64,000 bases of DNA from a bacterium (GCA_965200245.1 CBDATS010000005.1:672001-736000), one strand, 5' to 3'. Positions 30,249 to 40,629 are shown, counted from the first letter of the stretch. Numbers and translations: made by a program. Notes: generated by a model from the sequence alone, not told the origin.

Positions 30249-31029
30249 TTTTTTCCTCCAGCGCGTGCATGACGAAATACCGCTCATCCTCGCTGTCCGT
30301 AGTGAGAATTTCGGCATACACCTCAAAAGCCTTTTCGATGAACCGGGGTGTCAGGACGCTTCTTACGTCTCCCTGGACTAGTATTTCTCCCTGATGGAGC
30401 AGAACCAGGCGATCGCAGTAGCGGTGCGCGAGGTTCAGATCGTGGACGGAGACCACCACGGCGCGGCCCTCTTCGGCCTGTGCGCGCAGGATGGCGAGAA
30501 TGTCGAGACAGTGCCTGACGTCAAGATTCGCGAAAGGCTCGTCCAGCAGCAAGACGGGCGTTTGCATGGCAAGCGTTCTCGCGATCAGGACGCGCTGAAG
30601 CTCTCCGCCGGAGAGTTCGTTGACGGCGCGATTCGCCAGGTTTTCAGCGTCCATGTCGTGAAGGGCGGCGGCCACCGCCGCGCGGTCGTAATCCGTCTCG
30701 GGCGCGAGCCTGCCCTGGTGGGGATATCTCCCCATCATCACCGTCTCATCGACCCGAAAGGGAAAGTCGGGTTCGTGCTTCTGGGCAAGGTAGCCCACGC
30801 GGCGCGCTGTTTCCTTTCTGTCGAACGAGTCGATGGATTCACCCTCCAGCGAGATGCGCCCGCTCTTCACGGGCAGCAGACCCGCGAGCGCGCGCAGAAG
30901 CGTCGTCTTCCCCGCACCGTTCGGGCCGATGATACCTGTGAGTTCACCGTGCCGGAATTCGGCCGTAACACCCTGGAGCACGTCCCGCTCACCGAGTTCG
31001 ACGCATGCGTTCTCAGCCTTGAGCAGCAT
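30118..31029 (-). CDS. Cobalamin/iron ABC transporter ATP-binding protein (BtuD/FepC-like)
   Basis: GPNGAGKT, LSGGELQR, LLLDEP, SVHDLN; C-terminal extension overlaps tonB. Confidence 0.9.
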   Translation of the reverse strand: MLLKAENACVELGERDVLQGVTAEFRHGELTGIIGPNGAGKTTLLRALAGLLPVKSGRISLEGESIDSFDRKETARRVGYLAQKHEPDFPFRVDETVMMGRYPHQGRLAPETDYDRAAVAAALHDMDAENLANRAVNELSGGELQRVLIARTLAMQTPVLLLDEPFANLDVRHCLDILAILRAQAEEGRAVVVSVHDLNLAHRYCDRLVLLHQGEILVQGDVRSVLTPRFIEKAFEVYAEILTTDSEDERYFVMHALEEKNENRQDPHRARFPPSLFVCAATCPGDKDVRGCSCRRGGASRAE

Positions 31030-32063
31030 CAGAACTTCTCCGCGCGCGCGCGATTTTTGACAATCAAGTACAGAAAAAACGGCCCGCCAATGCACGCAGA
31101 CAGAACACCCAGGCGTATCTCGCCGCCTGGTGCGAGCGTTCGCGCGAACAGGTCCATCCCCATCACGAAGGCTGCACCCGCAAACATACTCAGATAAAGA
31201 AGCCGGCGGTGGTCCGGCCCGGCCAACATCCGCACAATGTGGGGAACGAGCAGACCAACGAAGCCCACCACGCCCGCTACGGCCACTGACGATCCCGCCG
31301 CCGCCGCAGCGATTGTCAGTACACACACCCTCGTTCGAGCAGTGTTCACACCTAGTGCCATCGCGGATTCTTCTCCTGACATCATGAGGTTCAATTCGCG
31401 GCCGAAGAAGAGGGCGGCTGCACCAGTGGCGGCGAAAAACGGTGCGATGAGAATTACGTGCTCCCAGGTGCGATTCGTGAGACTCCCCATGAGCCAGAAT
31501 AGAATCTGGCGTGCGATCTCGAAATCGCTCACGCTATAGCTGAGCACGAGCGTCGTGAGCGCACCTGCGATAGAGTTCATCGCCATGCCGCACAAAATGA
31601 GCGCACCCAGCGGCGTGTGTCCTTTGTGCGAAGCGATGAGTGAGACGAGGAATGCTGTCGCCAGCGCGCCGCCGAAGGCACTTAAGGGTACGGCCCAGAT
31701 GGAGACGGCTCCGAAACCCAATGCGATGGCACTCGTAGCCCCCAGCGCGCCACCCGTGCTGACCCCGATGACGACGGGACTCGCCATCGGGTTTCGGAAA
31801 AGACTTTGTAGCATCACACCCGAATACGCGAGTGATGCACCCACGAAAGCGCCTGTGAGCGTCCGGGGAAGCCTGATATGCCAGATGATGACGCGCTCAT
31901 GCGCGGATACTTCTGCACTATTTTTGGAGAGAATACCCACCTCGCTCAGGATGACGTCGAGGATTTTCCCTCCTTCGATATCCACCACGCCCAGGCGGAT
32001 GCTGAGAACCGCGAGGAGCAGGGCCGTGGCGAAAAGCAAAGCTGCCGGGGCGTGTCTGCTCAT
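31029..32063 (-). CDS. FecCD/BtuC-family ABC permease
   Basis: IRLPR, QSLFRNPMASP, FWLMGSL, GFVGLLVPH, IGGPFF. Confidence 0.92.
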   Translation of the reverse strand: MSRHAPAALLFATALLLAVLSIRLGVVDIEGGKILDVILSEVGILSKNSAEVSAHERVIIWHIRLPRTLTGAFVGASLAYSGVMLQSLFRNPMASPVVIGVSTGGALGATSAIALGFGAVSIWAVPLSAFGGALATAFLVSLIASHKGHTPLGALILCGMAMNSIAGALTTLVLSYSVSDFEIARQILFWLMGSLTNRTWEHVILIAPFFAATGAAALFFGRELNLMMSGEESAMALGVNTARTRVCVLTIAAAAAGSSVAVAGVVGFVGLLVPHIVRMLAGPDHRRLLYLSMFAGAAFVMGMDLFARTLAPGGEIRLGVLSACIGGPFFLYLIVKNRARAEKF

Positions 32064-32923
32064 CGGTAGAGTCCCCGAACCAGGTCGTCCAGCCCGTCGA
32101 TGATGTACTGGGATACGCTTGAGAAACGCGGATAGGGGATCTCTACGATCTTCTTGGTTCTTAAGGGAGCATAGACCGCATTCGCACGGATGGCGTCCCT
32201 CATGCTCGTACCCGATCCGGGGTTCACACCCACCATGATGACGTCGGGATTCCATGCGATGATCCGCTCCGCCGACACCCTGCGCGCACCCCGAATCCCT
32301 CGTTCGGTGGCCACGTTGACGCCGTCTGCGAGACGGATGAGCGCATCGTGCGAAGTCTCGGCGCCCGTCACCCAGCCGCCCTGCACGAGGGACAGGATGC
32401 GCGGGGGCTTCGCATCGGTCGGAATGCGCGCTCGTATGGCACGTATTCTCCCTCTCGCGTCCGCGACGAGTTTCTGTGCCTTTGCTTCTTCTCCGATCAG
32501 GCGACCCATCCTCTCAATAGCTGCAAAAACGTCATCCACGTCGCTGAAGGAGGAGAATATGGAGACGGGTACACCGGTTTTGCGCAGGTGATCGAGGAAT
32601 GTGGCGCTCGAATACGAGGCGGCGAATACCATGTCGGGTCTCAGAGCGATGATGCGCTCGGGCACGCTGGTGATGAGCGGAATCCCGCGCGCCTCGTCGG
32701 CGACGTTGGAATAGCCCGGATGTCCGGCCAGCTTGTGCAGGCCAACGATTCTCTCTCTGGGCGCGAGTGCCAAGAGCATCTCAGCGGTAGCGAGTGTCAT
32801 GGCGATCAGGCGCGCGGGCTTCCCTGCGACGCGTGCGTATGCCGCTTCCCCCAGGCTCTGTGAGAGTGCATTTCCCATCAGAACAGCCACCAGCAGGAAG
32901 AAAATTGTAAGCCTTGCGCGCAT
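32060..32923 (-). CDS. BtuF-like periplasmic binding protein
   Basis: PARLIAM, ERIIALRPD, SAERIIAWNPDVI; position in the operon. Confidence 0.85.
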   Translation of the reverse strand: MRARLTIFFLLVAVLMGNALSQSLGEAAYARVAGKPARLIAMTLATAEMLLALAPRERIVGLHKLAGHPGYSNVADEARGIPLITSVPERIIALRPDMVFAASYSSATFLDHLRKTGVPVSIFSSFSDVDDVFAAIERMGRLIGEEAKAQKLVADARGRIRAIRARIPTDAKPPRILSLVQGGWVTGAETSHDALIRLADGVNVATERGIRGARRVSAERIIAWNPDVIMVGVNPGSGTSMRDAIRANAVYAPLRTKKIVEIPYPRFSSVSQYIIDGLDDLVRGLYR

Positions 32924-32968
32924 CGTGCGCCCCTTGCGCAATTTCCATCTTCAGTCGAGATGATCCCG

Positions 32969-35008
32969 CTAGAACATCGCCCTTACGCCCGCGAACCACT
33001 GCCGACCAGGAGACTCGTAGCCGTATACGGCTTCAAATTCCTCATCAAGGACATTGTTCACCTTGAATTCCACCGTCAAGCTGTTGAACCTCGATCTCTT
33101 CGTCTTATCGAACATCAAGATTCCGCCCTTCACGATGTCCACTGAAAGTGCAAGGTCCACCTTGGTGAAACCGGGGTTCACCACCCGAGGGAAGGGCCAC
33201 GGCGCAGAGTCGTCGATGTCCCACCTGTCGCTCACCGTGTTCCCTCTCAGAGTGGCTTTCAGGAGTTCGGGGTGGTAGCTGATCGATCCGCTCCACCACC
33301 AGTCCGGGCGTCTTAGCAGCGCTTCCCCTTTCACGTAGTGGGGCGCGCCGAGACCCTGTGTTTCGAGCGCTTCTGTATCTATGGCGTTGAAACTTGCATG
33401 GACTGTAAAGTCGTGAATATCGAGGAGCGAGAGGGAGAGTTCCGCTCCCTTGACTCGCGCTTTCTGAATGTTCTCGTAGTTTGTACCGTTTTCGAACGGC
33501 ACGAACGACCAGGCGATCAGATCGTCGATCTCGTTGACGTAATATGTGGCGCTGAACCTGATCTTGTTCCCCGCAAGGAACTGATCGAAACCTGCCTCCC
33601 AGCTTTTCTGTCTTTCGCTCCTTAAGTTCGGGTTACCGGGTCCCCAGACGTCCAGTAACTCCGCAAAGGAGGGCCGCTTGACTCCCTCGCCCACCGCGCT
33701 GCGAATCCGCGCGTCAGTTCCCGGGATTTTATAGGATGCCGAAAGTTTTCCGGTCGTTTCGTCCTCGCCGACGTCAAAACTGTCCACCCGCGCCCCGCCT
33801 GCGAGGGTGAGACCGCTCTGGAGCCGGAACTGTTGCTGCGCGTAGAAGGAAGTAGCCCGCCTGTCGCTGTCGTATTCACTGTCCCCGAAGGCGGACATGC
33901 TTTGGATGGAAATGTCCTCCGTCTCCCACTCGACTCCGAGTGTGGATATGGAACTGCGAAGGGCGTGCAAGCCCAGTTGCTTGCCTGTGAGCCTCACATT
34001 CATCTGGTTGTCAAAGTGGAACCTTGAGCCGTCTGTCTCCGTTTTGCTCGCGCTTGGGTCCAGCACGTCGGGCTTGTTCTCATCAATCGTGTCCCTCAGA
34101 TAAATGGAGACGCGCGGAACGTATTCGAACCACGGGGTTAGCTTGAGATGCGCGCGCGCGCCGATGAGTTGTTCCGTAAGATCCCTGTATTTGTTGGGTT
34201 CTGTGTATCCCTGGTGAGCAGGACCAGGGAGGTCGTAGTGGTTCCGATTGGCGTGAAAGATAAAGCGCACCCTGGCGTTTTCAGAGAGGAAATGATCCAG
34301 CCCCACCGTCCCTACAGTGCGGTAGTAGCCGTCGTTGGGAAGATGCCCCCCCGTGTCGAGACGGCTCAAGCTCGCCACGTATCCGCTCTTGGCCGTTCCG
34401 CCACTTAATTTGAAAACTTCTTCAAATGTTTCGTCACTGCCACCCCTCAAGCGGACGCTGAAGTTCGGTGCCTCACCCGGCTTCCCGAAATCGGGCAGGA
34501 AGTTTATGACACCCGAAGCCGCGTCCGATCCGTACAACGGGCTTTGTGGACCCTTGAGTATTTCGGTTGCACCCATCCACTCGGGCGACAGGTGGCCGAA
34601 GTCATACGCGCTCCCGTCCGGGAAAGTGAGCTTGAAGCCGTCGAGCATCACACTCGTGAAGTTGCTCTCGCTCCCTCTCAAGAAAAGGCTCGTCTGCCCG
34701 CCTCGTCCGCTCGCCTGCGGGAGGACAACGCCCGCCCCCTCACTCAGAAAGTCTATGGCATCTCCGGGCAGGAAGCTTTCGATCCTTTCAAGTCCCAACA
34801 CCTCCACTGAATCGGCCACGTCGCTCAGCCGCTCGGGCGTGCGCGTAGCTGTGACGGTGATGGGATCGAGATAAAGCTCCTCCTCAGCGCTTTGCGCACA
34901 GGCATTGTCTGCAACGCTGAAGAGGAAAAGCACCGCGAGCCACGCAGCGATCAGACCTCCCCGGATGCGGATGGATGAATTGGTGAGTTTCCTCGGAACT
35001 CTTTTCAT
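32969..35008 (-). CDS. btuB: TonB-dependent receptor, BtuB-like (cobalamin)
   Basis: TonB box ITVTATR, FLRGSESN plug, GPQSPLYGSDA, C-terminal Phe; preceded by cobalamin riboswitches. Confidence 0.88.
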   Translation of the reverse strand: MKRVPRKLTNSSIRIRGGLIAAWLAVLFLFSVADNACAQSAEEELYLDPITVTATRTPERLSDVADSVEVLGLERIESFLPGDAIDFLSEGAGVVLPQASGRGGQTSLFLRGSESNFTSVMLDGFKLTFPDGSAYDFGHLSPEWMGATEILKGPQSPLYGSDAASGVINFLPDFGKPGEAPNFSVRLRGGSDETFEEVFKLSGGTAKSGYVASLSRLDTGGHLPNDGYYRTVGTVGLDHFLSENARVRFIFHANRNHYDLPGPAHQGYTEPNKYRDLTEQLIGARAHLKLTPWFEYVPRVSIYLRDTIDENKPDVLDPSASKTETDGSRFHFDNQMNVRLTGKQLGLHALRSSISTLGVEWETEDISIQSMSAFGDSEYDSDRRATSFYAQQQFRLQSGLTLAGGARVDSFDVGEDETTGKLSASYKIPGTDARIRSAVGEGVKRPSFAELLDVWGPGNPNLRSERQKSWEAGFDQFLAGNKIRFSATYYVNEIDDLIAWSFVPFENGTNYENIQKARVKGAELSLSLLDIHDFTVHASFNAIDTEALETQGLGAPHYVKGEALLRRPDWWWSGSISYHPELLKATLRGNTVSDRWDIDDSAPWPFPRVVNPGFTKVDLALSVDIVKGGILMFDKTKRSRFNSLTVEFKVNNVLDEEFEAVYGYESPGRQWFAGVRAMF

Positions 35009-35077
35009 GAAAATACGTCTCCTTGAGCGGCCCTGGCGCTCGTAACAGACCCTTGGTGGATCTGAAGGGAGTTGACG

Positions 35078-35220
35078 CTGGCAGGCCGGTCTTCTGGCTC
35101 GCGCCGATGGCCATCCTTCATTCCTTCCCGGGTGTGTCCCCGGTGGATTCCATGAAGGACGCGGCGCTTACAGCTGCCGGGCAGCTCTGGATTCGCACCG
35201 GATTCCCGAACACCTGTCAG
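35078..35220 (-). ncRNA. Cobalamin riboswitch (gene-proximal)
   Basis: Minus strand CAGGTG..GGGAATCCGGTGCGAATCC..GCTGCCC..CTGTAA..GGGAAG..GAGCCAGAAGACCGGCCTG. Confidence 0.88.
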
Positions 35221-35380
35221 CCGTTTCAGCGGCGGATGCGTCCACCGCGCTTGTGGCGAAACTTTATCGCTGCGCGTACGCAACCCACGCCCGTGCGGTG
35301 ATGCTCTCGATTCAGGGTGTCATAATGCACAAGATACCACCCACCTCCCGTTCCGCGAGGACGTGACGGTTCATCAGGCT

Positions 35381-35545
35381 ATCGCAGGTCGGTCTCCTGG
35401 CTCCCGGATCATCCTACTCACGACCCCTTCCCGGCAGCGTGTACCAGTGGTAATGGCCGCTTTCGTCCCCGGTCACAGTGGCGGGTCCGCGCCGGATTCT
35501 CACCGGCTTCCCGGGCTTTCACCGAGAAAGCCCACCTGCGACACG
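35381..35545 (-). ncRNA. Cobalamin riboswitch (distal)
   Basis: Minus strand GCAGGTG..GGGAAGCCGGTGAGAATCCGGCGCGGACCCGCCACTGTGA..CCACTG..GGGAAGG..GAGCCAGGAGACCGACCTGC. Confidence 0.9.
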
Positions 35546-35597
35546 TCGGAACAAATCTTTTCCAACTACAAAATCAATGCGCTGCGACGCGGAGGAT

Positions 35598-36101
35598 TCA
35601 GACCGCCTCGTACTTGTCACGCGTGATGGTGTCGAGATCGATGCCTTCGATACGAACGAGTCGCGTCTCCCCCTCGCGCTTGGGCGAGTGAAATTCGCCC
35701 ACGTCGTAGGCCTTGGAGAGGCCCGGCGTCAGGTCGTAGCTGCGCACGGCGCGCACCTTGCCGGGTGCTGCGCCGTTGGGCCGTTCGACGAGTTCGTAAT
35801 CCGTCATCGTGGTAGTTCCCACCGCCTGGCCGTAGATGGCCCACGACTCACCGTGATCATGCGGGGGGCTTCCAGTCGCACCTTTGTGCACGTGAGCGAA
35901 GATACAAAAACCGAGATCAGGGTCTTTGTAGAGGAGCTTGCGGGGGGAGTCGTTGTCTGGCCCCAGATGTTCCTGCACGAATTCCTGTTTGACCAGCACT
36001 TGCTCAAGCGCGTCGCTTACCTTCTGAAGGCCCGCCTTGCTTGAATTATCCTTGAGAATGTCGCGGCATTCGGCTGCAAATGTATCGAGAATCTTGCCCA
36101 T
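35598..36101 (-). CDS. Cysteine-dioxygenase-like cupin
   Basis: LYKDPDLGF, SPPHDHGESWAIYG, FHSP. Confidence 0.75.
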   Translation of the reverse strand: MGKILDTFAAECRDILKDNSSKAGLQKVSDALEQVLVKQEFVQEHLGPDNDSPRKLLYKDPDLGFCIFAHVHKGATGSPPHDHGESWAIYGQAVGTTTMTDYELVERPNGAAPGKVRAVRSYDLTPGLSKAYDVGEFHSPKREGETRLVRIEGIDLDTITRDKYEAV

Positions 36102-36261
36102 CGTTCGCTCTCCTTATCTTGGAAGTTGATTTTTCGCTCATTATTAAAACAGTGTGCATATTTTGTAAACTTGACGAGAGTTTTTCTCGAACCCAGTGTA
36201 TGATTCCCTGATAATTCTGGGACCATGGGCGTATGGTGAATTCCCTGAAAAGGCCCTTTGA

Positions 36262-37038
36262 ATGGATTCGGCGAAGCAGCGCAATATCGAAACCTTCACG
36301 CGGATGGCGGAGACCTACGGCGGCTATTACAGCGACGCGGAACAGGCTCGCCTAGGTACGATGGCCGAGCACATCGGTTTCGGCGAAGGCTGCTGGCTGG
36401 TCGATTTCGGCATGGGCACTGGCACTTCCGCAAAACCCTTTCTGATGTTGGGCGGGAACGTGGTAGGGTTGGACCTCACGCCCGCGATGACCAAAAGGGG
36501 GCGCGAGCGTCTGCGTGAATGGGGTCTCGAGGCGAACGCCCGCTACGTCATGGCTAACGCGCACGACGCACCCCTGGCGGCAGGAGCCGCCGACGCCGTC
36601 ATCTGCAGGCACACGTCCCACCATCTGGATGACCCCATAAAAGTTTTTGCCGAAATGGCGCGCGCCGTCCGCCCGGGCGGCCATGTCTTCCTGATTGATT
36701 ATCACTACCCAAACGAGGCCGAAGAACGCGAGAAGATAGATGCGCTCGACAGACTCCGAGAGCCGACCATCACGCGGCATCTATCGCAGGAGGAGATGGA
36801 GGGTTTATTCCATGCAGAAGGAATCCGGATCGAGGAGACCATCGTCGACAGGAGGGAAACGTCCTTCGATGAATGGATGGATTCCGCAAAGACCTCGCCC
36901 GAGGTTTTCCCACGGCTCAGAGCCGCGTTCGAGGCGCTACGTGATCAGGGCGGAAGCTGGTACGAGGAAAGAGGTGAGGGCACGGAATTCTCCATCATCC
37001 GAAAACGCCTGACGATCCTAGGCCAAAAACCGGTCTGA
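36262..37038 (+). CDS. Class I SAM-dependent methyltransferase (UbiE/Methyltransf_11-like)
   Basis: LVDFGMGTG, GLDLTPAM, HHLDDP, RPGG. Confidence 0.85.
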   Translation: MDSAKQRNIETFTRMAETYGGYYSDAEQARLGTMAEHIGFGEGCWLVDFGMGTGTSAKPFLMLGGNVVGLDLTPAMTKRGRERLREWGLEANARYVMANAHDAPLAAGAADAVICRHTSHHLDDPIKVFAEMARAVRPGGHVFLIDYHYPNEAEEREKIDALDRLREPTITRHLSQEEMEGLFHAEGIRIEETIVDRRETSFDEWMDSAKTSPEVFPRLRAAFEALRDQGGSWYEERGEGTEFSIIRKRLTILGQKPV

Positions 37039-37047
37039 ATTTTTTCC

Positions 37048-38739
37048 TCACAGTTCCTGCGGTGCGCCGCCTAAAGAGGCAGGTTTCACGATAGCGTCGA
37101 TGAGGAAAGGCTTACCGCCCCGGGCGGCTTCCGCAAGGTGCATCTCAAGTTCATCTGGCGAATGGACACGCACGGCTTCCACGCCCATCGACTCAGCCAG
37201 CTTGATGAAGTCGAGATTCGGCTCCGTCAAATCCATGCCGACGAACCGGTGAAACTCCTTCGCCTTGCCGTCCAGGGCCAGCACACGCCCTTTCAGGATG
37301 TGGTAAGCCCCATTGTTGGCGATCAGGAAGATCACTCCGACGCCGTATTTCGCCGCCGTCCACAAGGTCTGGTTCGAGTACATGGCCGAGCCGTCTCCCG
37401 AGAGACAGATGACGGGACGATCGGGCGACGCTATCTTCACGCCAAGCGCCATGGGCAGACCGTTTCCGATGCCGCCACCCTTTCTCCCGAAAATCTGCGA
37501 CGCCGTGCACCCCACAGCACGTCTGAAGCCCGGCCCCGCGGAGGTGAGCGCTTCATCCACCCATACGGTGCCTTCGGGTGCCCCCGTGCCGAGCGCTTGG
37601 TGAAAGGCGGGAAGCGGCATACCTTCCGAGTAATCGCTTGCCTCTGCAATTGGCGGAACTGCTTCGCGCGAGCTTTGGTTTTCCTGCGCAATCTGTGCTG
37701 CGCGCGCTTTGGCTCTTACTGCCTGATCCGCTGTCTGCGCTTTCGCCACGGCTTCCAACAAGAGGGGAAGGGTGGTTTTCGGGTCTCCATACAGCGAGGC
37801 GTCCAAGCCGAAGTTCTTGCCCATTTCCCAGGCGTTGATATCCAGATGAACCACACGGCAACCCTCGGGCAGCGGCCGTACGTCGGCGGGGTATGAGAAC
37901 AGAAAGACTTCCGTACCGACGAGGAACACCAGGTCGAATTCCGAGAGGCGCTCTCTCAAGGGTTTGGCGAGGATGGGGAGTTTCCCGGCGTAAAGCGGGT
38001 GCTCCATAGGATATGCGATCACGTTGGCAAAGTTCTCTTCATATGCCTTGGCGCCAATTTGCTCGGCGAAGCGCGCCACCTCTTCCAGCGCACCCGAATG
38101 CGCTACTCCGGCACCTGAAACGACGCAGTGCCGTTCGGCTTTCGCGATCAGCGCGGCGGCCACCTCGATCGACTCGGCAGAGGCGGCAAAGCGCATGTCG
38201 ATGCGCGTGGGTTTTTCCTTTAGCTCCGAGGCGGGAGCGAGCATGACGTCTCCGGGCAGGGAGAGGAACACGGGACCCGTCGGTGGCGTCATGGACACCT
38301 TGACGGCGCGACGCACGGCTTGTTCCAGGTCCTCGACGCGGCGCACCTCGTAGGACCACTTCACGAGCGGTTCCGCCATGCGCGTGAGATCGTCGTAGAG
38401 AATGATTTCGTGAAAGTGTCCGCTCTGGGGCTGGTTCCCGGCAGTGACGAGCACTGGCGCTCCCGAGCGTTTCGCGTTGTAGAGAAGCCCCATCGCGTTG
38501 CCGAGGCCGGGCGCGACGTGGAGGTTCACGGCGGCGGGCCTTCCCGTGCTGAGGCCATAGCCTTCTGCCGCCGAGATGGCCACGCCCTCGTGCAACGTAA
38601 GGATGAACTTGAGCCGCTCCTCGTTCACGAGCGCGTCCATCAGGGGAAGCTCCGTTGTTCCCGGATTTCCAAACAGGTGCGTCACGCCCTCATCAAGCAG
38701 GGTTTCGAGTAGCAAGGATGCTCCGTTTGCGTTTCTCAT
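37048..38739 (-). CDS. ThDP-dependent enzyme, benzoylformate decarboxylase-like
   Basis: FGNPGTTELP, LHE, LHVAPGLGN, SGDGSAMY...NNGAY. Confidence 0.88.
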   Translation of the reverse strand: MRNANGASLLLETLLDEGVTHLFGNPGTTELPLMDALVNEERLKFILTLHEGVAISAAEGYGLSTGRPAAVNLHVAPGLGNAMGLLYNAKRSGAPVLVTAGNQPQSGHFHEIILYDDLTRMAEPLVKWSYEVRRVEDLEQAVRRAVKVSMTPPTGPVFLSLPGDVMLAPASELKEKPTRIDMRFAASAESIEVAAALIAKAERHCVVSGAGVAHSGALEEVARFAEQIGAKAYEENFANVIAYPMEHPLYAGKLPILAKPLRERLSEFDLVFLVGTEVFLFSYPADVRPLPEGCRVVHLDINAWEMGKNFGLDASLYGDPKTTLPLLLEAVAKAQTADQAVRAKARAAQIAQENQSSREAVPPIAEASDYSEGMPLPAFHQALGTGAPEGTVWVDEALTSAGPGFRRAVGCTASQIFGRKGGGIGNGLPMALGVKIASPDRPVICLSGDGSAMYSNQTLWTAAKYGVGVIFLIANNGAYHILKGRVLALDGKAKEFHRFVGMDLTEPNLDFIKLAESMGVEAVRVHSPDELEMHLAEAARGGKPFLIDAIVKPASLGGAPQEL

Positions 38740-38764
38740 CTATCTGGCCTCTGGGTGTTGTGAA

Positions 38765-39499
38765 TTAGTGGAAATGGATGCCACCGTTCAGGAGAAGCGT
38801 CTGGCCGGTGATGTAGCCGTTTCGCACCATCAGCATCACAGCGTCGACCGTCTCTTCCACCGTTCCAAACCTGCCCATCGGGGTATGCGGTGTGGTTACG
38901 CGGAGGTCGTGCGTCATCATGTCTGTTTCTACCACAGCAGGCGCCACGCTGTTCATAGTAATCCCTTCTTTCACCAAGGCGGCTGCGTAACCGTGGGTAA
39001 GGCCGTGCATGCCCGCCTTGGACGCCGCGTAGTGCGGCCCGACACGACCGCCCGTGAAGGCAGCGTTCGATGAAATATTCACGATTCTGCCCCACTGCGC
39101 CGCACGCATGTCGGGCAGTACGGCTTGAGTGAGCAAGAACGCGGATTTGAGATTCACGGCAAGCGTCTCATCCCAATCGGCCTCGGTGAGTTCGTCAAAA
39201 GGTTTCTTGATGGCAATACCTGCGTTGTTGACGAGAATCGAGACGGGGCCAAAGTGTTCCCTCGTCTCATCTACGAGGCGGCGCACATCTTCGGCATTCG
39301 AGACATCCGCCTGAATGATAAAGGCCTCTCCACCCGCCTCTTCTATCAGGCGGCGGGTTCCTTCTGCTTCCTCCGTATGTTTCCGGTAGTTCACTGCCAC
39401 GCGGCAGCCTGTGCTCGCCAGTGCCAGTGCACATCCGCGCCCGATGCCCCGGCTCGCGCCGGTGACGATACAGGTATTTCCCGTCAGATCCGTGGACAT
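38765..39499 (-). CDS. SDR family oxidoreductase (FabG-like)
   Basis: TGASRGIG, NNAG, YAASK. Confidence 0.92.
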   Translation of the reverse strand: MSTDLTGNTCIVTGASRGIGRGCALALASTGCRVAVNYRKHTEEAEGTRRLIEEAGGEAFIIQADVSNAEDVRRLVDETREHFGPVSILVNNAGIAIKKPFDELTEADWDETLAVNLKSAFLLTQAVLPDMRAAQWGRIVNISSNAAFTGGRVGPHYAASKAGMHGLTHGYAAALVKEGITMNSVAPAVVETDMMTHDLRVTTPHTPMGRFGTVEETVDAVMLMVRNGYITGQTLLLNGGIHFH

Positions 39500-39612
39500 T
39501 CCATTTCCTCAACTATACAAGAGAAGTTCGCATCCTAATTCATCCGGTGCGAGAAGGGCAGTCGCACCGGAGAATTTTCTCGCTTGGGGATCGTGATAGT
39601 ATATTAATCATC

Positions 39613-40629
39613 ATGAGCGGAGATAACATTCGTCTCGCCTGCGTCGGGCTGGGTCGCTGGGCCGGTGTGCTGGCGGAAGGCATCCAGAAAACGCACGGGC
39701 TTCAAATCGCCGCCTGCCACACGAGATCGGACGAGCGCAATGAGGCGTTCGCGCAAAAATACGGGTGCACACCCTATCCAGACTACACAGCCATACTTGA
39801 AGAGCCGGATATCGACGCCGTAGTCCTCACGACGCCCCACAGCGCGCATAAGTAGCAGGTCTGTGCGGCGGCCCGCACTGGCAAGCACGTTTTTGTCGAA
39901 AAACCCATTGCCGTCACGCCGGGGGATGCGCGCACCTGTGTAGAGGCGTGTGAGAAAGCGGGTGTCGTCTTGATGGCAGGACATTGCTGGCGCTGGGTGG
40001 CCTCTGTTCAAAAGGCGAAATCGCTGTTGGACGCGGGCGCGATCGGCGAGGTGACGCAGGTGTCGGGGCATTTCGGCAACTCTCGCGCGCAGAATTTCGG
40101 CAAGGAAATCTGGCGTGACGATCCTGAAGAATCGCCTCTCGGGCCATTCACGGGACCGGGTTTTCACCTTCTCGACATCCTCAAGTACCTCCTGGGTCCG
40201 ATAGAGGAAGTCTTTGTCGTGCTGGAGCGGAAGATGACGGCGGGGCGCATTCCGGACACCGCTTCGGGCACACTTCGGTTCGCCTCAAACCTGATTGCCC
40301 AAGTGAGTTCAAGCTTCGTGACACAGCGCCGATACCAGCTTGCCTTGTTCGGTATCGAAGCGAATCTCTACGTGAACGCCGACCCTCAAGGCGGAACGCC
40401 CGCTGCATCCGGCCTCGTCATCCACAGGCGAGGCGAGGAGACACCCGAAATCCTCTCGGTCGAGAAGACCGACATGATCGCCTGCCACATGGACTCTTTC
40501 GCAATGAGCGTGCGCGGCGATGCGCTCCCTTTCACCGACGGACGCGAGGGAGCCTCCCTGGTCGCGCTGCTCTCGGCCATGCTAGCATCATCGAAGACGG
40601 GGGGATGGGAGCGCGTGGAATCACCCTGA
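39613..40629 (+). pseudogene. Gfo/Idh/MocA oxidoreductase interrupted by in-frame TAG
   Basis: VGLGRWA...TPHSAHK-TAG(39853-39855)-QVCAAARTGKHVFVEKP continues in the same frame to 40629. Confidence 0.8.
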
